From positions 1,184,001-1,248,000 of the forward strand of contig CAVZJV010000014.1 in assembly GCA_963775685.1 (NCBI GenBank): 64,000 nt of DNA. Reading direction: 5' to 3'. This document shows positions 56,918 to 64,000 of the stretch, in pieces. The stretch's first letter is position 1. The number at the start of each line of letters is the position of its first letter. The position numbers were made by a program, and so were the translations under genes. Below the pieces are notes generated by a model that saw only the letters and a program-made list of their open reading frames with translations, did not search any database and was not told where the DNA came from. Source of the DNA: Candidatus Bathyarchaeota archaeon. Its GTDB lineage: Archaea > Thermoproteota > Bathyarchaeia > Bathyarchaeales > Bathycorpusculaceae.

Positions 56918-59668
56918 TTATGGTCGTTTTCGCAGCATCAATACCATAATTAAGGCGCCAATAATGACGACTACAATTATGATTGCAGCTACTCCTATCA
57001 TGAAGTCGGTTGTCGTTGCAAAGTTACCTGTTGAAGACGTAGGTGTTGGTGTTGAGGAGGATGCTTCGCTTGCATAGAAGTGGGTTTGAGCAGTAGAACC
57101 ATAGTATGCGCCTGAACCTGAGAACGTGGCAATGACTGTGTAAGAACCTGCAATGTCAGGTGTCCAAGTAAAGCCATATGCGCCTGTGCCGTCACTTACT
57201 GTGTTGCCAATGATTCTGGAGTTGCCATTAGAGTCAACAACGCTTAAGGTAACTGGAACTCCCATTAAGCTATCGTGTGGAATCGGCTGTTGCATGTAGA
57301 CAGCTTCCATGAAGGATGTTTGGCTTTCGTCAGAGACTGCTGGGAGACCGTTGGGGAAGTTTGCTGCGACTGCTTCTTGTTTTGCGCCTGCTGAGACATC
57401 GGTCACGGTGCCTGTTATTGTTATTGGCGTTGCAGTTGTAATTCCCACTTGTGGTGCAGAAACTGTAGTAGCGCTTGGACCTTGTCCAAAGGCATATATT
57501 TGGTTGTCATATGCATTCAAGTTCGTCATAATTCCGTAGGCTAACTCTGGATTGCTGTTGACATTAAATGAGTCTATTGTCCATACAAGATCGCCAGTTG
57601 TGCAGTTAATTGCCAGTTGCTGTGATCCAATGAATAGTGGTGGTGAATACTCGTGTCCTTCTCCAAGGAACATTATTCCGCCGCCGCCTCCAATTCCGGT
57701 TTGCACCCAAATAGGCCAAATGTTGTAGGGCGTGTTATAGCCGGCATCACCAGTAAATTTAGTAGTATTTGTGTACCAGTTAACAGAGCCATCTGCCATG
57801 GATAGAGACCAAATGTCGCCGCCAAAGCCAAAGAGGTAGAAGTTATCGCCGTAGATGTTTCCTTTAATTCCACCAATTGTGTTGTAAGGATTCATGTCCG
57901 CGCCGTTATCGCCTTTAAGTGTTGTTGTCCATACTTGATTACCTGTAGTGACGCTGAAAGCAGAAACTTCGCCTGTCTCTTTGATAACAGTTGTAAAGAC
58001 TCCGTCGCCAACGTTGCCATAGTTGTCCAGGTTAACTGCAGTGTAAGGCGTGAATGATATGTTCTTTACGAATAGTTGGGCACCAGTGTTTATGTCATAG
58101 CCAGTAAACATGTCAGAGCCTGTTTGGAAGTAGTTTGTGAGTCCGGCATTATTTAACGAGTAAAGAATTGCAACTCCGCTATTAACTCCCATAATTGTCC
58201 AACCTGTCGGTTGACCTGTAGGTAGTTGATATGCAGCCATTATTCCTTTTGAGTAATCAATGACGAGATTCTGTGTAGGTCTCCAGTTCCAGCCTGAACC
58301 AGATGTACCTGCCCAGCCTGCGCCAAGCATAATGCACTGTGTTGAGTTCCAAACTTCAAGCAAAGTGTTGCCTGCAGTATTGGTGACTTGTGTGGGTTCA
58401 GGTCCAATGACAGGCTGAATTTCACCATAGATTGTTTGTGTGCCAACAGAAGTATTAGTATAGTAATCTATGAAATCGCCAACTGCATCCACAGTATGTC
58501 CATACGAAAAGCCCGTGCCGTTAACAATGCTAAGGATGTATTTACCGGTCATGGCATCGAACATGTTCAAAGCAGATCCGCGGGAGACTATTCCATCAGG
58601 TGTTCCGCTAGTCCATAGATAGGCGATTCCGCCATATTGGTTAGGTGATACGTAATCGAGCACTTGACCACTCACCAAACGAGTGACTTGGCCATTGCTA
58701 TCTAGAGCAGTTTGGGCTGGAGAACCACCGCCATAGTTGGTAGCATCGTCAACCCATACTGTTTCACCAGTGTATAAGTTTACACAAACGTTGGCAGTAG
58801 GATTAGTTGAGCTTCCTGGGAATTGAGTGTAATAGAGGTAGCCGTTGATAACAATCGGATTATATTTGCGTTCATATTGAGCGGTTGAATAGTAGTTGCC
58901 GAAGGTTGTTGTTCCACCTGCATCTCCACCTATAGCACCGCCAAAAGCGATTGGTTTTGTCCAGAGGATGTGTGCCGTAAGCGGGGCAGTACTGTAGGGA
59001 TTAAAGTTAGTAGTAGTGTTGTAGTTAGATGCTCCTTTACCTGCACTGTAGCCGATGTAAAGGCCAAGATAAGGACCGCCGATTGCATACCAGTTGTTAA
59101 CGTTCAAAGCGTTTATCGGAGTTTGCCAGTATTGAGTTGGAAGACCGGTATTTGGAAGAGTTGGTACTGATTCTTGTTGTACAAGAAGAGTTGTAACATC
59201 GCTTACAGCGGGCAGAATTGTATCATTGATATAACTTGGATTGCTGATACCAGTTAGTCCATATTGACCGCCGTTTAATGTTTGTCCTGGATAAGTCATT
59301 TGGAATTTGTATTCGCCAAGCTGGTCTGGAGTATACCGTGTACTTGTTCCACCAGTATCGTCAGATGTAAAGGGCCCAAGAGTTTCATTCGTTCCGTCAG
59401 GCTTAATAACATGTACTGTGAAAGGCCCGAAGCGGTCTCCGTAGATGGTGCCTGCTGTCATTGGGGGTTCGTTAAGCCAGAAGCCAACAGTAACGGTTTG
59501 GCCGAGCCCTGCAGGGTTAGGTCCAACGTTAACGAAAGCGAAGAGTTGAATTTCCCATGGTGGAGTGTGAGCGCCTGTGTTTGGTAATAGAACTATTGAA
59601 GCTGATGCTGAAATTGCTAAAATTGCAACGAAGATAATGGATAGGGTTTTATTTTTTAGATTTTCCAT
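56918..59668 (-). CDS. large secreted PQQ-like beta-propeller surface protein (paralogue)
   Basis: Same architecture and long shared blocks with 53975-56623; ends in RKRP. Confidence 0.88.
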   Translation of the reverse strand: MENLKNKTLSIIFVAILAISASASIVLLPNTGAHTPPWEIQLFAFVNVGPNPAGLGQTVTVGFWLNEPPMTAGTIYGDRFGPFTVHVIKPDGTNETLGPFTSDDTGGTSTRYTPDQLGEYKFQMTYPGQTLNGGQYGLTGISNPSYINDTILPAVSDVTTLLVQQESVPTLPNTGLPTQYWQTPINALNVNNWYAIGGPYLGLYIGYSAGKGASNYNTTTNFNPYSTAPLTAHILWTKPIAFGGAIGGDAGGTTTFGNYYSTAQYERKYNPIVINGYLYYTQFPGSSTNPTANVCVNLYTGETVWVDDATNYGGGSPAQTALDSNGQVTRLVSGQVLDYVSPNQYGGIAYLWTSGTPDGIVSRGSALNMFDAMTGKYILSIVNGTGFSYGHTVDAVGDFIDYYTNTSVGTQTIYGEIQPVIGPEPTQVTNTAGNTLLEVWNSTQCIMLGAGWAGTSGSGWNWRPTQNLVIDYSKGIMAAYQLPTGQPTGWTIMGVNSGVAILYSLNNAGLTNYFQTGSDMFTGYDINTGAQLFVKNISFTPYTAVNLDNYGNVGDGVFTTVIKETGEVSAFSVTTGNQVWTTTLKGDNGADMNPYNTIGGIKGNIYGDNFYLFGFGGDIWSLSMADGSVNWYTNTTKFTGDAGYNTPYNIWPIWVQTGIGGGGGIMFLGEGHEYSPPLFIGSQQLAINCTTGDLVWTIDSFNVNSNPELAYGIMTNLNAYDNQIYAFGQGPSATTVSAPQVGITTATPITITGTVTDVSAGAKQEAVAANFPNGLPAVSDESQTSFMEAVYMQQPIPHDSLMGVPVTLSVVDSNGNSRIIGNTVSDGTGAYGFTWTPDIAGSYTVIATFSGSGAYYGSTAQTHFYASEASSSTPTPTSSTGNFATTTDFMIGVAAIIIVVVIIGALIMVLMLRKRP

Positions 59669-60044
59669 TTTTTTCTTTTCCTATTTTTTTTAAGCAAAAG
59701 CTCGCTTTGCGCTAAAATGTGTGCTTTTGCCTTCTAGTTTAACAAGAAGGGATTCATTTAAGCTTGTCGGAAGTGCTCACTTATGACATTTGTTTCCTCA
59801 AAAAGCAAATGTTCCAAAAAAATTCAAAAATTGATCCAATGCAGAGAAACAAAATACATCATTAAATTAAATACAACTATTATATCCTAAAACTATTAAA
59901 ATAGAAAAATAGTAAGGTATTGTTTTCAACTGATGACCGACTTCTAAAGAGCAAAAACGTTGGCACCGCTCCAACTATCAGTCACTGACCAAGACCAGGT
60001 TGTTTTGAGTTAAACTTTTATTAAATAACAAGTAACTTGACAAT

Positions 60045-61019
60045 ATGGTTAAATTCCTATACAATAGACAACTGTACGAAATAATTATTCAGAAATCATC
60101 AGAGACTAAAAAGACCTTACTTGTGTGCTCTCCCTCTATTGGCTCGAGTGCCCACAATATTTTTTCGCAAGAAATATTAAAGAACCCTCCATCCGACATA
60201 AGGTTCCTCTTCCGACTAAACGAGTTTGCAGTAAAAAATGGCGAAGTCGATCCGTATGAAATACAGTACCTAATAGAACACTTTAAGGACAGCAACATTA
60301 AATACAGCGACAATTTTCATTCGACCATTTACATTTTTGACAATTTGGCACTGGTAACTTCTGCCCCATTTACAAAAATAGCTTTGGAAATCAATATTGA
60401 AACTGGAGTGTTGCTTGAAGGGACAGAGGCAGAGGAAATAAAGAGCTTCTTTAATGACTATTTATGGAATTCTGCAAAATCGATAGCTGATTTAAAGAAG
60501 TATAAGCAAATGTGGAATTTAGCTCAGAAAATATCGAAAAAAAGTAATATTAAAAAAGTGAAGCCTCACACTGAAATCAAAGATTGGACAAACAACTACA
60601 TCAACACATGGTACATTGGCGTTCCAAGATGGTTACCTCCAAAATTTGAACGCAAAATAAAGAAGGAAACTAACTGGCGAACTGGTCTTTCAGTGCTTGG
60701 AGACATTGGTTACAGTGCCTTTTTGCATCTTAAACTTGGTGACAACGCATATGTAGCCGACTTAAGCAAACGTGGCAAAATACGAATTACATTAGTCCGA
60801 ATAACTGATAAAGCACGCATAGAAACTGATGAAGGAGATTACCACGCGTCCTATGAACCAGGAAAAACATACCAGCTACCAAGAGAACAATTCTATGAAA
60901 TGCTAAAAAACTCTAACATCAAGTCTAAAACCTCCGAAATCATACTCAATAATGATCGACTAAACCAAATAGACACCGTTCTCGCTTCAATCAAACGGAA
61001 AAGAAAACGCAAATCTTAG
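60045..61019 (+). CDS. PLD-like domain protein with a degenerate HKD motif
   Basis: CSP..., FHSTIYIFD..ALVTSAPFT..NIETGV. Confidence 0.75.
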   Translation: MVKFLYNRQLYEIIIQKSSETKKTLLVCSPSIGSSAHNIFSQEILKNPPSDIRFLFRLNEFAVKNGEVDPYEIQYLIEHFKDSNIKYSDNFHSTIYIFDNLALVTSAPFTKIALEINIETGVLLEGTEAEEIKSFFNDYLWNSAKSIADLKKYKQMWNLAQKISKKSNIKKVKPHTEIKDWTNNYINTWYIGVPRWLPPKFERKIKKETNWRTGLSVLGDIGYSAFLHLKLGDNAYVADLSKRGKIRITLVRITDKARIETDEGDYHASYEPGKTYQLPREQFYEMLKNSNIKSKTSEIILNNDRLNQIDTVLASIKRKRKRKS

Positions 61020-61065
61020 CTACCTCCACATATGGTTTATTACGTTGCGTTCTTGATTTTTCGGG

Positions 61066-61716
61066 ATGCAACCTGAAGAGAAAAACACATCGTTGGAATA
61101 TCACTGGAGTCAATATAGATGCCCCAGAGGTGTTTCCGGAAAAACAGTTGCTGCAAACATGAACGAGGGACACTGGGACTTGACAACTTGGGGTCTTAAA
61201 CACGTAAGAATCAAGTCGGATTCTGTAATCTTGGATGTTGGTTGCGGCGGAGGCAAAACCATAAATCGTCTAGCAAGGCAGGTGGTTCAGGGGAAAGTTT
61301 ACGGTATAGACCACTCTGCAGATATGGTTGATTATTCAAGACAAGCCAACAAAGAGTTGATAGCAACTGAACGAGTGGAAATTGTTCAGGGCACAATTGA
61401 GAAAACAATTTTCAAAGACGGCTTCTTTGACCTGGTAACAGCCATAGAGACCTATTATTTTTGGCCTAATCTTGCTCAAGCTTTTCGAGAAGTAAAGCGT
61501 ATTCTGAAGGACGGAGGGTGCCTTCTTATCATAAGCGAAATGATTAAGGATGGGGCATATGAAGTTGAGAACGCGGAAATAATCGCTAAAACTCAGGTAC
61601 GTCTTGTATCGTTGCAGGAAATGCAGAAGATGCTCTATTCTGCTGGATTCATCAGTATAGAGATTTATAGAAAGAGAAAATCAGACTGGAATGCGATTCT
61701 TGCCCAGAAATTATAA
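61066..61716 (+). CDS. class I SAM-dependent methyltransferase
   Basis: ILDVGCGGG, FDLVTAIETYYFW, RILKDGG. Confidence 0.92.
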   Translation: MQPEEKNTSLEYHWSQYRCPRGVSGKTVAANMNEGHWDLTTWGLKHVRIKSDSVILDVGCGGGKTINRLARQVVQGKVYGIDHSADMVDYSRQANKELIATERVEIVQGTIEKTIFKDGFFDLVTAIETYYFWPNLAQAFREVKRILKDGGCLLIISEMIKDGAYEVENAEIIAKTQVRLVSLQEMQKMLYSAGFISIEIYRKRKSDWNAILAQKL

Positions 61717-62013
61717 TCCATCAGTTAAAATGAAGTATATAATGTCGTTTTGCCCTATCATAAATCTCACGACTAAAAGTAGATAGATTTAATGTAGGAA
61801 CCACACTTATTTAACTCTCAAGATTACTTAGGGAAGTCTGTGCTAAGAAGTAATTGTTAACGGTCCTTTGATTAATTCAACTGGTGGAGGCTCATGGCAA
61901 GTCTTCTATCCGTTAACTGTGTCTCCCAATAAAACTGAATGGCGTTCTTACTTGATTTCTTTTTCTAAAAGGCTATAAGCGGTTAATTCCAATGTAATCA
62001 TTAATGTAATTGA

Positions 62014-63555
62014 GTGGGAGCATATAACGCCTTGAAGTTTAATTTAAACTTCAGATCAGCATTCTTCATTTTTGCAATATGCTACCTCAGCATCCTCATA
62101 AGTTTTCTAATCATAAATTTTCCCAATATGCCAATCCAATGGGATGAAGCTGCCCATCTTGACAATGGATTGTTCCTAAGACTTGGAATGTTCGACAAGT
62201 TCACAGGAAACCTTTTCTATCCACCTCTTTATGATGTTCTAACGTTTCTATCCTATAGCCTCTTTGGCGTAAGTGTTGTATCTGCGAGAGTAATTGATGC
62301 AGTCTTCTCTGTCCTTCTTTTGTGGGTAGTATTTGAATTCACTAACAAAGCGTATGACGGAAAAACAGCCTTGTTAGCATCAGTTTTTCTAAGTATAATG
62401 CCAGGCTATTTTGTGGCTTCCCACACTGCGATGTTGGATATAACAATGGCGTTCTTTTTTGCCTTATCCATATTTTTCCTCTTTCTATGGCTGCAAAATA
62501 ATAATGATAAAATGTTAATTTTCACTGCAATAGCTCTGTTTGCAGGCTTCTTTGCTAAATACCAAATTATTATAGCTGTTCTCGTCATTTTTATTGCTGT
62601 CTTGACACTCTCTGGTGGTCGGCTCAAGAAGCCGCTTCCAAAGAAGCACTATATTACAATAATCTTGATACTGTCAGCCATAGTGTATCTAACATACAGC
62701 TTACGCTCCTACATTGCAATGTGGCTGAAAGTTATTTTCATGAACACTACAGGCAGCCTAACCATAGAACCTGCCTTCTATTTGACCCAAACCCAGAGCA
62801 TCTACTCAACAATTCACCCTATTTCACTATTGATGTACATCTTTGGTTTCATCGGCTTGGGAATATTCGCCTTCAGGAGACAAAAGATCGACAAACTTCT
62901 TTTGATGTGGTTTATAATAATCCTAATTTTTTACACCTTACTCCCAAACAAAAATTGGAGATACGCCCTTCCTTTCTACCCAGTTTTGGCAATTTCCGCA
63001 TCAGTTTTTGTTACAGTCATCTATGCCAAGCTACGAAGTAACAAGAAAACTTATGTAAGAAGTGGGGCCATAGTACTGCTAGCTTTGGTTTGCGTATCGT
63101 TGTTTCAGAGTGTAAGCGATAACGTAGCATGGATAGACTCCGAAAAAATCCCCTTCTCTTTGGAGAAAACCGTGAACTATGCTATAACACATAACAGCTC
63201 AAATCAATCATTGCTGGTGCTTTGTCCTAATAACATTTTCAGTTTTGGAATCGTAGAATTCTATCTTCTTAAGAATGGTGGAACCCAAATGCAACTATAC
63301 AGTTATCCTACCTCAACAACAGCGGATCCCACTTGGAACATTGATACTCTAATTGATCTTTGTAGACAAAATGACATAAAATTTCTTTTCATCACCGAAT
63401 ATCTCGGAGAGAAGATTAGCTATCTTAATTTGACGTTAATGGATGTTTTTGTCCAAATATACGAGTCAGGGAACTTCACTCATATAACTCCGGAGCAAAC
63501 GTTTGGTCAATTCCCAAGAAGAATATACGTCTTAAACTTCACAGGGATGAATTAA
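62014..63555 (+). CDS. GT-C / GT39 (ArnT/PMT-like) glycosyltransferase
   Basis: QWDEAAH, YPPLY, FG.SVVSAR, AMLD, NWRYALP; many TM helices. Confidence 0.88.
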   Translation: MGAYNALKFNLNFRSAFFIFAICYLSILISFLIINFPNMPIQWDEAAHLDNGLFLRLGMFDKFTGNLFYPPLYDVLTFLSYSLFGVSVVSARVIDAVFSVLLLWVVFEFTNKAYDGKTALLASVFLSIMPGYFVASHTAMLDITMAFFFALSIFFLFLWLQNNNDKMLIFTAIALFAGFFAKYQIIIAVLVIFIAVLTLSGGRLKKPLPKKHYITIILILSAIVYLTYSLRSYIAMWLKVIFMNTTGSLTIEPAFYLTQTQSIYSTIHPISLLMYIFGFIGLGIFAFRRQKIDKLLLMWFIIILIFYTLLPNKNWRYALPFYPVLAISASVFVTVIYAKLRSNKKTYVRSGAIVLLALVCVSLFQSVSDNVAWIDSEKIPFSLEKTVNYAITHNSSNQSLLVLCPNNIFSFGIVEFYLLKNGGTQMQLYSYPTSTTADPTWNIDTLIDLCRQNDIKFLFITEYLGEKISYLNLTLMDVFVQIYESGNFTHITPEQTFGQFPRRIYVLNFTGMN

Positions 63556-63878
63556 ACTTCACACCGTCAAGTTTAGACTAAGTATACGATTGGGTAAAAA
63601 TTATAATGGTGTTTTTTGGCGACATATTTAAGCGCTTTCCGATCTTAATAAAACAAGAGTATTTTTTGAATACTCCAGAGTTAAGGCTCCAAGCCTAATA
63701 AATAAGGCAAGTATGCAATAGGCTACCTATAGAGTCTTTGGAGAAAAGAGTGAAATGCAAATGCGTTGGTGAGTAAGTCAACTTTAGTTTTAACCAGAGC
63801 CTACCCTTCTTAGCCCCTTTTGAGGATTTAAAAAAAGAAAGGGAATTGGGAGAATTCAGTATAAATGCCAGAGGAAAA

Positions 63879-63956
63879 TGGCGGGTCCGATGGGATTTGA
63901 ACCCATGACTTTCAGCTTAGAAGGCTGACGCGCTATCCGTACTGCGCCACGGACCC
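63879..63956 (-). tRNA. tRNA-Arg (UCU) with encoded CCA
   Basis: GGGTCCGTGGCGCAG...TCAGC-CTTCTAA-GCTGA...GTTCAAATC...CGGACCCG-CCA. Confidence 0.95.
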
Positions 63957-64000
63957 ACAGGGCACTCTAAATGAAACACTTACAAATATAATTTTACCTA

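Noticed and set aside
17313-59587. Many short ORF-track entries antisense to or nested within long genes
   Set aside because: Shadow ORFs with no motifs or RBS, overlapping well-supported genes

Overview
Archaeal chromosome segment, probably Bathyarchaeia. This is inferred from the tandem PQQ-like beta-propeller surface proteins, an EF-2 paralogue, AOR/Hdr/Mvh genes, PurP and archaeal-type tRNAs. The left ~12 kb looks like an integrated, decaying element. It carries a minus-strand cluster of three radical SAM/SPASM enzymes interleaved with four small candidate substrates, three of which share repeated aromatic-x-Cys motifs. It also carries a ParB-like and small-ORF virus-like module, an ABC exporter and an unannotated terminase C-terminal remnant, and it ends at a 21-nt tRNA 3'-end fragment (12015-12035) that looks like an att site. 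The rest is mostly core genes: PepF, UppP, two AOR+ferredoxin operons with MoaD, peptidases, OGG1, an EF-2 paralogue without the diphthamide motif, purC/purP/purP/purE, hdrCB-mvhGA, MsrB, MscS, an LsrF-like operon, DHS, two large surface proteins, a GT39-like enzyme and three tRNAs (Ile2-CAU, Gln-CUG, Arg-UCU). Several genes carry 1-2 nt indels, which may be assembly errors. All family assignments come from motif recognition by eye, not from database searches.
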